In this document: positions 35,252 through 45,687 of the stretch, piece by piece
How positions within the stretch are numbered: position 1 is the first letter of the stretch
How the letters are laid out: the number at the start of each line of letters is the position of its first letter
Assembly: GCA_964593705.1 (NCBI GenBank)
Contig: CAZQIV010000022.1
Span: forward strand, 1,416 to 65,415
Source of the DNA: an uncultured Lentimicrobiaceae bacterium
GTDB taxonomy: Bacteria > Bacteroidota > Bacteroidia > Bacteroidales > 4484-276
Length of the DNA stretch: 64,000 nt
Reading direction: 5' to 3'
Made by a program: the position numbers and the translations under genes
The notes under the pieces: generated by a model
The model's database searches: none
Seen by the model: the letters and a program-made list of their open reading frames with translations, nothing else
Told to the model about the DNA's origin: nothing

Positions 35252-38200
35252 GCTTTTCTGGTTTTAATAATTCCACGATTGTTTAAAATGCTGTAAACTA
35301 TTGGCACGATAAAAATATTTAGCAAGGTAGATGTGAGTAAACCTCCTAAAATCACTTGTGCCATAGGGCTTTGAATTTCGTTGCCCGGCAAGTCGCCTTG
35401 CATAGCCAAAGGAATTAAGGCAAGGGCTGCCGTTAACGCGGTCATTAAAATAGCGTTCAAGCGGTCGGTAGAGCCTTTGATAACGGTTTCATCCAATGCG
35501 GCTCCCTGCGCCTGTAAGCGCTGATAATTTGAAATTAATAGAATCCCGTTACGGGTTGCAATGCCAAACAGGGTGATGAAGCCAATTATGGCAGGGATGC
35601 TTAAAATACCCGAAGTAAAATAAATTGAAAACACCCCGCCAATGAGGGCCAAAGGCAAGTTAAGCAAGATGATTCCTGCAAGTTTGAAATCCCTGAATTC
35701 CTGAAACAGTAAAAGGAAAATTATAAATATTGCCAGAATGGAAGTGAACAACAAGGTTCTTGATGCCTTGGCCTCACTTTCAAACTGTCCGCCATATTCT
35801 ACCCTGTACCCTTCGGGGAACTCAATGTTATTATTTACTTTTTCCTGTATTTCTTCAACAACTCCCCGTAAATCGCGGCCTGCCACGTTGGCCGCGATAA
35901 CCACTTTGCGCTGAACGTTTTCCCTGCTTATGGAACTAGGCCCCGAAACGGAAACAATATCAGCTACTTCTTCCAGCGGCACTTTTTTACCATCTTGCGT
36001 ATCAATTAAAGCCGAACGCACACCATCTATGGTTTCTGTATAATTATCGTTTAGCCGCAACACCAAATCAAACCTGCGTTGGCCTTCATAAATATCTGCC
36101 CGTTTTTCGCTTCCAAAAGCAATGTCGATAAACGCATTGAATTGTTCAACCGTAATTCTGTAATACGCCAACATTTCGCGATTGGCTCTTATCTGAAGTT
36201 GTGGTATTTCAATTTGCTGGTCAACATTTACATCCACCAAACCATCGATGTCGATAATAGAGCTTTTAATTTGATTGCCAAGTGCAAACATTTTATTTAA
36301 ATCGGTACCAAAAATTTTAATGGCAATATTTGCCCTTGTGCCCGACAACATGTGGTCGATGCGGTGCCCGAGAGGCTGACCAACCGTTGCTGCAATACCG
36401 GGTACGCGTGCAATAGTTTCCCTCACGTCTGCCATAAATTCTTCGCGGCTGCGTTGGTTCAGGCTAAAATTTGCATCTATTTCTGAACTGTTCACCGTTT
36501 GAGAATGCTCGTCCAGTTCTCCGCGGCCTGTTCTTCTTGCAGTGGTTTCTATTTCATCAATGCTTAATAATTCTTTTTCTACCAAATTGCCCAGGCGGTT
36601 GCTTTCTTCCAACGAAGTTCCCGGTTGGCTTACCACCGACAAAGTCAGGGAGCCTTCGTTGAATTCGGGCAAAAAACTCCGACCCATCGAGGAAAATGCA
36701 AAAAGGGAAACAACAAACAAAGCAAGCGTGGAAAAAATGACAAGACTTTTATGCCTCAACGACCATAAGAGCGTCTTCTCGTAATAGCTTGAAAGTTTAC
36801 GTACCAGCCATTTTTCTTTTTCGTTTTTTGCAAGGTACTTTTCATTGGTCAACAGCAACTTTGTTAACAAAGGGGTGAGTGTCATGGCCACGATTAGCGA
36901 TACAAACAAGGAAACTATAAACGATATGCCCAGAGGTTGCAACATCCTGCCTTCCATGCCCGAAAGGAAAAACAAGGGTAAAAATGCCACCATTATAATT
37001 AAAGTGGCGTTTAGAATGGATGCCCGAATTTCCTTTGAGGCTTCAAAAACTACGGTAAACGATGTTTGTCGTTCTTCTTTAGGTTTTTGATGATTTTGCC
37101 TCAAGCGTTTATATACATTTTCCACATCAATAATGGCATCGTCAACCAGGGAGCCAATGGCAATGGCCATCCCACCCAAACTCATGGTGTTAATGTTTAA
37201 CCCCAGGGCATTTAAAACCAAGATAGCCCCAAGTAGCGATAATGGAATTGCGAGCAGGGAAATAATGGTGGTGCGAAAACTGCCCAGGAATAAGAAAAGA
37301 ATGATAACTACAAATATAGCTCCTTCAATTAATGCCCGCTGCACGTTATTTACCGAAGTTTCGATAAAATCGGCCTGGCGAAAAATCTCCGTGTCCATCC
37401 GGATATCTGCCGGAAGTGTTTTCTGGAGGGTCGCCAGATTCTTTTCAATTCGCTCGGTAACTTCAAGCGTGTTTGTGTTGGGCTGCTTTGATATTGAAAT
37501 AATAATCGCAGGTTTTGCATTTTCAGAGGCATGTCCCATTTTTACGGCCGCCCCAATTTTTACTTCTGCAACATCCCGGACCCTGACAGGTTTTCCATTT
37601 ATAGATTTTATAAATGAATTGCCCAAAGCCTCCAGGTCGGAAGTGCGGGCGATACCCCGAACTACAAATTCGTTACCGTACTGCCTTATGGCACTGCCCG
37701 ACGAGTTTTGGCTAATCCCTTTGCACACATCGGCCAATTCCATCAACGAAACATCATAGTATTTCATAAGTTGTGGATTTGCCAGCACCTGATATTGTTT
37801 GTAATCGCCCCCGATAATGGTTACCTGCGAAACTCCGCCAGTTGCTAAAATCAAAGGTTTTACATTCCATTCGGCAATGGTGCGCAGTTCCATCATGCTC
37901 GTACTGTCGGCCTGCAAGCCTATAAAAAATATTTCGCCCATAATACTCGATTGCGGGGCAAGGGTAGGTTGGCCAACTCCCAAAGGCATTAAAGAGGAGA
38001 CCGCAATGAGTTTTTCGCTAACAATTTGGCGTGCCTTAAAAATATCGGTGTCCCAGTCGAATTCGACCCACACAAAAGAAAAGCCTTGCGATGATGCTGA
38101 ACGTACCCTGCGAATCGCGGTTGCTCCGTTCACGGCTGTTTCTATCGGAAAACTAACCAGTCGTTCTACTTCTTCCGAAGCCATCCCGTGGGCATCGGTC

Positions 38201-38349
38201 ATTACAACCACCGTTGGGGCAGTGAGGTCAGGAAATACATCCACATCCATATTTGTGGCAGTCCTCAGCCCGAAAACCACCAAAACTATCGAAGCAAGTA
38301 TAATTAAATACTTATTGTTAAGTGAGTATTTTATGATATTATTTAACAT
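35248..38349 (-). CDS. CzcA/CusA-family heavy-metal efflux RND transporter
   Basis: 1033 aa, 12-TM RND architecture. MSLGGMAIAIGSLVDDAIIDVENV and GFITLFGIATRNGILL motifs. Confidence 0.9.
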   Translation of the reverse strand: MLNNIIKYSLNNKYLIILASIVLVVFGLRTATNMDVDVFPDLTAPTVVVMTDAHGMASEEVERLVSFPIETAVNGATAIRRVRSASSQGFSFVWVEFDWDTDIFKARQIVSEKLIAVSSLMPLGVGQPTLAPQSSIMGEIFFIGLQADSTSMMELRTIAEWNVKPLILATGGVSQVTIIGGDYKQYQVLANPQLMKYYDVSLMELADVCKGISQNSSGSAIRQYGNEFVVRGIARTSDLEALGNSFIKSINGKPVRVRDVAEVKIGAAVKMGHASENAKPAIIISISKQPNTNTLEVTERIEKNLATLQKTLPADIRMDTEIFRQADFIETSVNNVQRALIEGAIFVVIILFLFLGSFRTTIISLLAIPLSLLGAILVLNALGLNINTMSLGGMAIAIGSLVDDAIIDVENVYKRLRQNHQKPKEERQTSFTVVFEASKEIRASILNATLIIMVAFLPLFFLSGMEGRMLQPLGISFIVSLFVSLIVAMTLTPLLTKLLLTNEKYLAKNEKEKWLVRKLSSYYEKTLLWSLRHKSLVIFSTLALFVVSLFAFSSMGRSFLPEFNEGSLTLSVVSQPGTSLEESNRLGNLVEKELLSIDEIETTARRTGRGELDEHSQTVNSSEIDANFSLNQRSREEFMADVRETIARVPGIAATVGQPLGHRIDHMLSGTRANIAIKIFGTDLNKMFALGNQIKSSIIDIDGLVDVNVDQQIEIPQLQIRANREMLAYYRITVEQFNAFIDIAFGSEKRADIYEGQRRFDLVLRLNDNYTETIDGVRSALIDTQDGKKVPLEEVADIVSVSGPSSISRENVQRKVVIAANVAGRDLRGVVEEIQEKVNNNIEFPEGYRVEYGGQFESEAKASRTLLFTSILAIFIIFLLLFQEFRDFKLAGIILLNLPLALIGGVFSIYFTSGILSIPAIIGFITLFGIATRNGILLISNYQRLQAQGAALDETVIKGSTDRLNAILMTALTAALALIPLAMQGDLPGNEIQSPMAQVILGGLLTSTLLNIFIVPIVYSILNNRGIIKTRKA

Positions 38350-38360
38350 GGTTTTAGGTT

Positions 38361-39872
38361 TTAATGAACATGACCTGAATGAGCATCTAATGTACCGGTT
38401 GCCTGGGCCAGCTTAACAAGGATTGCCCCTTTTGAAACGATTCGTTCTTCCAGGGAAAGTCCTTTCAAAATTTCAGTTTTCAAACCATCGCTTGCTCCTG
38501 TCTTCACTTCCCTTTTCCCGAAGAGTTCAGGATGTACCTGCACAAAAACAAAATAACGTCCCTGTTCTTCCAGTAATGCCGAATTGGGGATGGTCAATGC
38601 CTGTGTATTGGTAAGTGTTTTCAGGTATAGTTCAACAAATCCGCCAGGTATGAAAGTGCCATTATTGTCAACCTGTATATTTAGTGGGATTAAATAATTG
38701 TCGCCATTAGTGGTTCTTCCATAGGAAACCACTTTCCCGTTCAATTCTTCAAGCGTATAGGTCTGATTATCGTGCAGCGTGTGAATGTTGGCCGAATTAA
38801 TCATGCCCAAAACCGGTGCGAATCTACGTTGAACTTCTGCCCGTAGAAGTAGCGATTTGTTTTGTGAGATAATTGCAATGGGCTGACCCGTCTCAACATA
38901 CTGTCCGTTTTTAACAATCACTTGTTTCACATAGCCTTTCATGGTGCTTGCAACTTTTTGTCCTGATAAGCTGAAGTTTTTGTTCAGGTTATCATAAATT
39001 ACTTTCGCATTGTTGTATCGGTGTTTTGCTTCGAGCAATTCTTTTTGCGAAACAATCTTGTCTTGTGCAAGCTCTTTCAGCCTGTTATAGTCTGATTCCG
39101 CTTTTTCAAAATTGTTCTGGGCTTCAAGAAACCTTACCGATGAATTGTTGTTAGCTAAGCCTTTTCCCGAAATTGAAAAAAGCACCTGACCATCTGATAC
39201 ACTTTGCCCTTCCAATACATTACCGGATGAAAACCTTACAATACCATTGGTTTTTGATGTGATCAAAACTTCGTCGTCCTGCGACGATTGTACTTGTGCC
39301 GTGGCTTTTATAAGCTGGCCGAAAGGCTCAATTTTTGGGTGTTCGGTGGCAAAATCAATTTTCCACGATTGTTCTTTCGTAAATACAGTAGCGTTTGTTG
39401 ATGAAACCACCACGTCTTCTGCCGCATGTATCGCATCGTGCTCATCGCTATACACATGTACCTCGGAAACTTCTGATTGATACTTGCCATCTTCAGTTCT
39501 TATTTCGAAAAGTAGTTGGCCTTTTCCTTCGGTTTCCGGTTTCAACTCAAACTTGTAAATACCTTTTCGTGTAGGTTTGTCGAGTGTCTGACTGGTTTCT
39601 TTGCCATTCACAAAAAGGCGGGCAGTTATGCTGCCATTTTCAAGTGCCGTAAAATCTGGTAAATGAGAGAAATGAGACAATATATTTCCTGTTTCACCCA
39701 CTATAAATGGGTCGGCTTCTGCGAATAGCTCAAATTCATCGCTGTAAGCCGTAATTTGAATTTTAACTTCATCATCATGTGAATCTGATGTTTCGGTGGA
39801 TTGTTTGTTGGTGCAACTTGCAATGAATAAAGCAAGGCTTGCAAATAATAATATCTTGATTTTCATTATCAA
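38361..39872 (-). CDS. Efflux RND periplasmic adaptor lipoprotein with extra N-terminal domain
   Basis: Lipobox IASC. About 170-aa extra N-terminal domain, then barrel-sandwich hybrid/coiled-coil motifs (YNRLKELAQDKIVSQKELLEAK). Confidence 0.8.
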   Translation of the reverse strand: MIMKIKILLFASLALFIASCTNKQSTETSDSHDDEVKIQITAYSDEFELFAEADPFIVGETGNILSHFSHLPDFTALENGSITARLFVNGKETSQTLDKPTRKGIYKFELKPETEGKGQLLFEIRTEDGKYQSEVSEVHVYSDEHDAIHAAEDVVVSSTNATVFTKEQSWKIDFATEHPKIEPFGQLIKATAQVQSSQDDEVLITSKTNGIVRFSSGNVLEGQSVSDGQVLFSISGKGLANNNSSVRFLEAQNNFEKAESDYNRLKELAQDKIVSQKELLEAKHRYNNAKVIYDNLNKNFSLSGQKVASTMKGYVKQVIVKNGQYVETGQPIAIISQNKSLLLRAEVQRRFAPVLGMINSANIHTLHDNQTYTLEELNGKVVSYGRTTNGDNYLIPLNIQVDNNGTFIPGGFVELYLKTLTNTQALTIPNSALLEEQGRYFVFVQVHPELFGKREVKTGASDGLKTEILKGLSLEERIVSKGAILVKLAQATGTLDAHSGHVH

Positions 39873-39968
39873 TACTGTTTAAATTTTTAAAAAAATGAAA
39901 TTCGAATGCAGCCAACAATATGCGAAAATTGGATTTCGCAGGTCAGCATTCATCGGGAAACATAAAAT

Positions 39969-40424
39969 TTAAACAATAGCAGGAGGACCCCGTAAAGCGT
40001 TAGCTGCGGGGTAAAAAACAGAAGATATGAAAAACGGTTTATCCTTCGAAGGATTTGTTGAAAGGCAAGGTGACTCAAAAAAATCAGTTTGAAAAACCAC
40101 TGACACCAAAAATAGTATGCTGATTTTATTTAGAGGATTCGATTCCTGTAGGTTTGTTCTTGCGTAAACAAAATTACATATTGCCGAAACATGATGATGA
40201 AGTGGAAAGGGGTGATTGTGTTCTTCGTTTGAACACTTTTCTTTACTATTTTCACCAAAAGAATCAACAAGACTTTGATTATCTAATAAACTATCTGCCG
40301 CGGGCTCATGATGATGATGGAGAATCATCTCATGACTTAATACTATCAGAAACGATAGCAATAGCGATATGGCATAAATTTTATTTTTCACGGGTGCAAA
40401 AATAGGGTATTTATTTATTTGCAT
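39969..40424 (-). CDS. Small membrane-anchored His-rich protein leading the RND operon
   Basis: One N-terminal TM helix, then HEMILHHHHEPA and EEHNHPFPLHHH. Ends ...RGPPAIV. Position is analogous to 55120-55497. Confidence 0.5.
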   Translation of the reverse strand: MQINKYPIFAPVKNKIYAISLLLSFLIVLSHEMILHHHHEPAADSLLDNQSLVDSFGENSKEKCSNEEHNHPFPLHHHVSAICNFVYARTNLQESNPLNKISILFLVSVVFQTDFFESPCLSTNPSKDKPFFISSVFYPAANALRGPPAIV

Positions 40425-40446
40425 TCAATCTTCATATTTTGTGTTT

Positions 40447-41337
40447 TCAACAATCTGTTTCACATTCCTTTTCAATCCTTTCGTTTTCAATTTGAAAGGT
40501 GGTATGCCCTATTCCGAATTCATGTTTAAGTTTTCTCTGTAATTTTGAAATAAATTCATCGCTAAACCCTTTCGGCATTATTAGGTGGGCAGTTAAAGCT
40601 ACTTGTGTAGTACTTATTGCCCAAACGTGCAAATCGTGAATTGCTTCAACCCCGTTTTGTGATAAAAGAAAGTTATTTACTTTTTCGAGTTTTATTTGTT
40701 CTGGCACGGCATCCAGCGCCAAATCAATGGAATCGGTAAACAAACGCCATGTACCCCAAAGAATTACCAGAATAATGATAAAACTCATAACAGGGTCAAT
40801 CCACTGGATTCCGGTAAGGTTAATCAATAATCCGGCAACAACTACGCCCAAAGAAACACCTGCATCGGCTGCCATGTGCAGGAATGCGCCTTTAATATTC
40901 AGGTCGTCTTTTTGACCTTTCATAAACAACAAGGCTGTAATGGTATTGATTACCACTCCTATTCCTGCAACAATCATAACCTGTGTTCCTGCCACGGGTT
41001 CGGGATTTTTAAATTTACCTACGGCATCCCAAGCAATGGCGACAACCGCCCCAAAAAGTAAAAGCGCATTTAGTATTGAAACTAAAATGGTTGTTTTTCG
41101 CAGACCGTATGTGTATTTACCTTTTGGTTTTTTAGAAGCGAGCCAGATAGCAGTCCAGGCAAATAACAAACTCAAAACATCGCTGGCATTATGCCCGGCA
41201 TCGGCCAATAGAGCGGAGGAGTTGGCTATTAAACCGTAAAAGATTTCAACGGCTACAAAAGCAATGTTTAAACCAATTCCAATGGCAAAGGCTTTGCCGT
41301 ACCCTTTTTGAGTTGTATGTTCGTGCGAATGTGCCAT
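40447..41337 (-). CDS. Cation diffusion facilitator transporter (CzcD/ZitB-like)
   Basis: Starts MAHSHEHTTQKG at the ATG at 41337 (the ORF-track extension was rejected). ADAGHNASDVLSL, HMAADAGVSLGVV, and a C-terminal cytoplasmic domain. Confidence 0.85.
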   Translation of the reverse strand: MAHSHEHTTQKGYGKAFAIGIGLNIAFVAVEIFYGLIANSSALLADAGHNASDVLSLLFAWTAIWLASKKPKGKYTYGLRKTTILVSILNALLLFGAVVAIAWDAVGKFKNPEPVAGTQVMIVAGIGVVINTITALLFMKGQKDDLNIKGAFLHMAADAGVSLGVVVAGLLINLTGIQWIDPVMSFIIILVILWGTWRLFTDSIDLALDAVPEQIKLEKVNNFLLSQNGVEAIHDLHVWAISTTQVALTAHLIMPKGFSDEFISKLQRKLKHEFGIGHTTFQIENERIEKECETDC

Positions 41338-41342
41338 GTTTT

Positions 41343-42140
41343 TTATTTTCCCAATTTTAATATCCTGAAAGCCCCCCTGACCACGATTAAAAACACGATT
41401 GCCCCAATAATTAAATCGGGATATTTTGAATTGGTTAATAATACCAAAATACCTGCGGCAATAACGCCTGTATTGATAATGATATCGTTTGATGTGAATA
41501 TCATGGTGGCTTTTATATGTGCTTCCTCGCTTTTTGATTTTTGTAACAAATAAAGACAAACAGAATTCGCAATCAGTGCAAGTACAGACACTATTATCAT
41601 GGTTTGAAAATCGGGTACTTCTTCAAAACTAATAAACCTGCGTATTACTTCCAAAAGGCCAAGCAAGGCTAATGCCAATTGAAAATAGCCGCTTAACCGG
41701 GCTACTTTCTTCTTTCGGATTACAGTTGAACCGACTGCCCAGAGGCTGAGTCCATAAACCAAAGCATCGGCCAGCATATCCAACGAATCAGCAACCAGCC
41801 CCATAGATTTTGAAATTAGGCCTGTGGTGATTTCAATGATAAAAAAAGCGAAATTGATTATCAATACCGTCCAAAGTAGTTTTGATTGCACTTTGGAACT
41901 CTCCGGTTGCAATTCAATTTCTTCAATAATTTCCGAATTTTTGAGGCTGGAACCTAACTTTAGCGCATCCAAACTTTTAGCAATTTCAGGATTTTCATTT
42001 GAATGATAAACCGTCAAGTTTCTGTTCTCCATATCAAATTCAAGTTTTTTGATGCCTGAAATTCCATCCAATTTCATCCGAATCATGTTTTCCTCGGAGG
42101 GGCAATCCATTTTTGAAATTTTGAAGGTGCTTTTATACAT
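41343..42140 (-). CDS. CDF-type cation transporter membrane domain fused to an N-terminal HMA-like domain
   Basis: N-terminal FKISKMDCPSEENMIRMKL, then a six-helix CDF core (VADSLDMLADALVYG) with no C-terminal cytoplasmic domain. Confidence 0.7.
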   Translation of the reverse strand: MYKSTFKISKMDCPSEENMIRMKLDGISGIKKLEFDMENRNLTVYHSNENPEIAKSLDALKLGSSLKNSEIIEEIELQPESSKVQSKLLWTVLIINFAFFIIEITTGLISKSMGLVADSLDMLADALVYGLSLWAVGSTVIRKKKVARLSGYFQLALALLGLLEVIRRFISFEEVPDFQTMIIVSVLALIANSVCLYLLQKSKSEEAHIKATMIFTSNDIIINTGVIAAGILVLLTNSKYPDLIIGAIVFLIVVRGAFRILKLGK

Positions 42141-42239
42141 TGAATATTATTTGAAAATTTATACAAATTATATGCGTGTTTTCACATAATGTGTTTTGAT
42201 ATTTTGAAACTTTGTTTACAATGATCACAGCAAACTTAT

Positions 42240-42268
42240 AAAAAAGGGCCTGTTAATTTAACAGGCTC
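42240..42268 (-). terminator. Intrinsic terminator after the HMA gene
   Basis: The minus strand reads gagcctgttaaattaacaggccc followed by tttttt. Confidence 0.7.
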
Positions 42269-42285
42269 TTTCCGATCAAATCAGC

Positions 42286-42669
42286 TTAATGCCGATGACC
42301 TTCGTGATCGTGATCCATGTCTTTCTTGCGCTCGTACTGGCAACAGCCGGGAAGGCCTTCATAAACCTTATCTTCGGCTTCCGCCTTTTCGGTGTCGTGC
42401 CCTACTTTTGCAATGGCCTTGTGGACATCCAAAATTTCCACTTCGCCTGGATTGTAGCTCACCGTAAGCATTTTAGTGTCCTTGTCCCAATCGGCGGTGG
42501 TGACACCATCAACCGACTTGGCAGCTTTTTCAATGCGCTTTTCACACATGCCGCAGTTTCCGTAAACTTTGAATTCTTCGGTTTTCGAAGTTTCGTTCTG
42601 TGCCTGTAAGCTTGCGAAGCCGGTCAGAACGATTACAATTGCTAATAATGATTTTACTAAATTTCTCAT
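42286..42669 (-). CDS. Exported heavy-metal-associated (HMA) domain protein
   Basis: Signal peptide, YGNCGMCEKRIEKAA metal-binding motif, and a C-terminal LPGCCQYERKKDMDHDHEGHRH tail. Confidence 0.8.
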   Translation of the reverse strand: MRNLVKSLLAIVIVLTGFASLQAQNETSKTEEFKVYGNCGMCEKRIEKAAKSVDGVTTADWDKDTKMLTVSYNPGEVEILDVHKAIAKVGHDTEKAEAEDKVYEGLPGCCQYERKKDMDHDHEGHRH

Positions 42670-42697
42670 GATTATAAATATTTAAAGGTTAAACATA

Positions 42698-43228
42698 TTA
42701 TTGTTTTCTCAATCGTAAGGCATTGGATATCACCGAAACAGAGCTAAAACTCATGGCTGCCGCGGCGATGATGGGGCTAAGCAATATCCCGAAAAACGGT
42801 TACAAAATACCGGCAGCTACCGGCACACCCAATGAATTGTAAATAAAGGCGAAGAACAGGTTTTGCTTAATATTCCTCATGACTTTGTGGCTTAACTCCC
42901 GGGCCCGGACAATACCGTTCAGATCCCCTTTCACCAATGTTATTTCGGCACTTTGCATGGCAATATCAGTACCGATTCCCATGGCAATGCCCACATTGGC
43001 CTGCTCCAGTGCCGGTGCATCGTTTATCCCGTCGCCGGCCATGGCTACGATATGTCCTTGTTCCTGCAATTCTTTTACCTTATTGTATTTATCCTCGGGC
43101 AAACATTCCGGTTGAAATCCATCAAGTCCTAACTCATCAGCAACTGCTTTGGCAGTTAACTTATTATCGCCGGTAAGCATGTGGACTTTTATCCCCATAC
43201 ACCGTGTTGCTATTGAAAGGCTTATCAT
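42698..43228 (-). pseudogene. C-terminal remnant of a heavy-metal P-type ATPase with an in-frame TAA (42800-42802)
   Basis: HMLTGDN...[14 protein letters not shown]...[13 protein letters not shown]...NLFFAFIYN...[34 protein letters not shown]. Only about the last 175 codons are present. The stop replaces the usual Tyr. Confidence 0.85.
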
Positions 43229-43319
43229 GCATCCTTTACGAACAAGTCATCTTTCAAAAAAGCATTTCCTGCAAATGGCAATATTATTGATTAATCTATT
43301 GTCCGGCAAAATATTTTGA

Positions 43320-44150
43320 ATGATTAATCAGCACCTTTCGGAGGTTGAATCCCTGCTGCATCGTATTTGTTATCACAACGAATACCTTGAAGAGCAACTC
43401 ATGCACCTTTTGCGTCCATTGATGGAGCTTGTGCAGGAGGTGCCATTACAGCATTACAACGATCTGAAACGGATTTGCTTTATCATTGCCGGCACAGAGA
43501 AATCTTATAACCTCGGGTATTATTTTTACGAAACGCTCCAGAAAAATAATTTCCCATTTTGCGAAGAGGTGCTCAAGAGCGCTGCTTTCAACGAACCTTA
43601 TTACAACCTCAACGATAAAGCGCTGAAGGCCTACGTGCGCACGCATCTCATCAACAACAATTTCGACTCATCGCTGATTGTTCAGTACGACGTGCTGGTA
43701 CCGGAGGGGCATGGCTATCATTTCTTCGATTCGTTTGAAAAAATTAAAATGGAGCATCACAAATTAAAATTCATCGATCCCACCCTTTTCGATGGTCTTC
43801 ATATTGCTGCCAACAACGATCATTTCCCGATGACCCAGAAAAAACTGGCGGTGATAGCTGCGTTTCTCAAACTCGAAAGTATGCTGCTCGTATTTTCGGG
43901 CAAAGTTTATAAGCTGATACATCAGCCTGCCCTTTCCGGTGCGCAAATTCTGGTGCTGTCGCATTATCTGCAAAGTATCTCTATGATCAGCGGGCAGGAA
44001 ATTCCTGACGAGGTAAGAAAGAAAATGATACGCATCAACGATAACCATTTTCAGCAGGAGCTGGCAGTAATTTTCGAGGCGATGCGCCCGGTTTTCATGA
44101 AACACATACAAACCTTGCAGCCCATCCCGCAGGAAGCAACGACAACATAA
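43320..44150 (+). CDS. Hypothetical protein
   Basis: 276-aa ORF with clean coding appearance and no recognised motif. Confidence 0.5.
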   Translation: MINQHLSEVESLLHRICYHNEYLEEQLMHLLRPLMELVQEVPLQHYNDLKRICFIIAGTEKSYNLGYYFYETLQKNNFPFCEEVLKSAAFNEPYYNLNDKALKAYVRTHLINNNFDSSLIVQYDVLVPEGHGYHFFDSFEKIKMEHHKLKFIDPTLFDGLHIAANNDHFPMTQKKLAVIAAFLKLESMLLVFSGKVYKLIHQPALSGAQILVLSHYLQSISMISGQEIPDEVRKKMIRINDNHFQQELAVIFEAMRPVFMKHIQTLQPIPQEATTT

Positions 44151-44298
44151 TTTGTCGGTGACTTTTTTTGATCCGAATTTTTAAAAATCAAAAGTGCTTT
44201 TTTTATGAACAAATAAGTGGAAATGAACAATAAACCAAAAAGTTTTTTCGTTTTTCTATTGTGTTTATTTACAAAAATAATTGTTTAACTTAGAAATT

Positions 44299-44628
44299 AT
44301 GAAAAACGTTAAGATTCCTTTAAAATTAAAATCATCAACATCAAAAGAAAATTTGGTTGATGGAAATGGTTTAATCACCATAAAAAAGTCACTAAGCATT
44401 GCCAATAACAAAAATGCTTACGTTGAAGTCCTGTTTGATGGAGAAAAAAAGATTGTTGAAGCGAATTTGTTTGGAGTATCTGGATATGACTCTTCCGCAG
44501 ATATCATTTCCACAACTCCAGATACAATTGATTCTCCATATGATGAATGTGAAAATAAACCGAGCGATCTGGGTGTTTTATTGTGTATTGCTGACAGGCT
44601 TTCAGATGCCATCTTAAGTTGGTTTTAG
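44299..44628 (+). CDS. Hypothetical small protein
   Basis: 109 aa from the first ATG, followed by a terminator hairpin. Confidence 0.4.
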   Translation: MKNVKIPLKLKSSTSKENLVDGNGLITIKKSLSIANNKNAYVEVLFDGEKKIVEANLFGVSGYDSSADIISTTPDTIDSPYDECENKPSDLGVLLCIADRLSDAILSWF

Positions 44629-44650
44629 AAAAAAAACATCATTTATTTAT

Positions 44651-44695
44651 AGAGGGCAGTGATACATTAAAGCTGCCCTCTAATTATTTAATTTA
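44651..44695 (+). terminator. Intrinsic terminator
   Basis: agagggcag - 13-nt loop - ctgccctct, followed by a T-rich tract. Confidence 0.6.
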
Positions 44696-44736
44696 TACAA
44701 TGTATGATTCACTTATTTAATTAAAAACCCTTTGTA

Positions 44737-44874
44737 ATGAAAACCAAAATGAATATTGAAAGAATTAAAAACTACAACACAAAAATGCTGGCCATTTTTT
44801 TAACAATTGTAGTGATAATTGCCATAATAAGTTTATTATTTGTAGTTGGTTATTTTGTTGTTCAGCTTGCTTGA
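44737..44874 (+). CDS. Possible 45-aa single-TM small protein
   Basis: MKTKMNIERIKNYNTKMLAIFLTIVVIIAIISLLFVVGYFVVQLA. Below the ORF-track length cut-off; found by reading the sequence. Confidence 0.3.
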   Translation: MKTKMNIERIKNYNTKMLAIFLTIVVIIAIISLLFVVGYFVVQLA

Positions 44875-44917
44875 TCATTTAATCACAATCTTTATTTTAT
44901 AAATTGAAAACACAAAG

Positions 44918-45526
44918 ATGAAAAGGAAGTACTTTATTATCGGGTTTCTTTCTGGGTTTTTATTTTTGGTAATTACTCTGGTGATTGTGTTTTTCGTTTT
45001 TAAAAGCCAGGGAGAAAAATCTGTAAAAGAGTTTATCGAAAATTCCGATGTCAGTAAGGTTGAAATGGAAGCATATCCCTTAACTCAGGAATCTTTGGAT
45101 AGTTTAGCTTTTTATGAACTGAATAGCAGCGTGCCTTACTTCATCACAAAAGATTCAAACAGTTACACTTTTATTAATTATTGGGCTACCTGGTGTATTC
45201 CGTGTGTTAGTGAACTCCCTGAATTTAAAAGCCTGATCGAGCATAACAGGCAGTTTGATGATATCAAATTTATTTTTGCCTCACAGGAAAAAGTTGAGAA
45301 AATAGAAAACTTTATAAAAAGTAAAAACATCGCGCTCCCCTATTATAGCTACCGAAAAGAAGAACTCCCCTTGTTTATCGACCATACCACAATACCTACC
45401 TCCTATTTTATTGATGAAGAAAACCTGATAATGTATAAGTTTTCAGGGATCCGGAAGTGGAATAATGATTTTTATCAGAAACTACTTTCAAATTTGAAAC
45501 AGGGTGATGATTTTACAATCCGATAA
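44918..45526 (+). CDS. TlpA-like thiol:disulfide oxidoreductase (thioredoxin fold), membrane anchored
   Basis: N-terminal TM anchor and the WATWCIPCVSELPEF CxxC motif. Confidence 0.8.
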   Translation: MKRKYFIIGFLSGFLFLVITLVIVFFVFKSQGEKSVKEFIENSDVSKVEMEAYPLTQESLDSLAFYELNSSVPYFITKDSNSYTFINYWATWCIPCVSELPEFKSLIEHNRQFDDIKFIFASQEKVEKIENFIKSKNIALPYYSYRKEELPLFIDHTTIPTSYFIDEENLIMYKFSGIRKWNNDFYQKLLSNLKQGDDFTIR

Positions 45527-45687
45527 CAGTTCAGCGGCATAACTATACAGTGCGTAATGTGCAATAAAGCCGTCAAACAAAACTACACAACCGCTGTAAG
45601 TTTTTTCCCAAGTTGCTGTATCCCGCGTATTATTTTACCGCGTGTTTGTGGGCGTGGCTCACGGATGCCCTGGATATAATGCCCCAG

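Noticed and set aside
37133-37759. 208-aa plus-strand ORF, and similar long antisense ORFs (515-913, 11317-11979, 25072-25608, 25352-25846, 37817-38416, 56968-57600)
   Set aside because: All lie entirely inside strongly supported genes on the opposite strand and have low-complexity or biased composition. They are typical shadow ORFs.
41338-41559. ORF-track N-terminal extension of the CDF transporter, overlapping the upstream gene
   Set aside because: The extension overlaps 41343-42140 in another frame and looks non-protein-like (Arg/Tyr/Lys-rich). MAHSHEH at 41337 is a typical CDF N-terminus.
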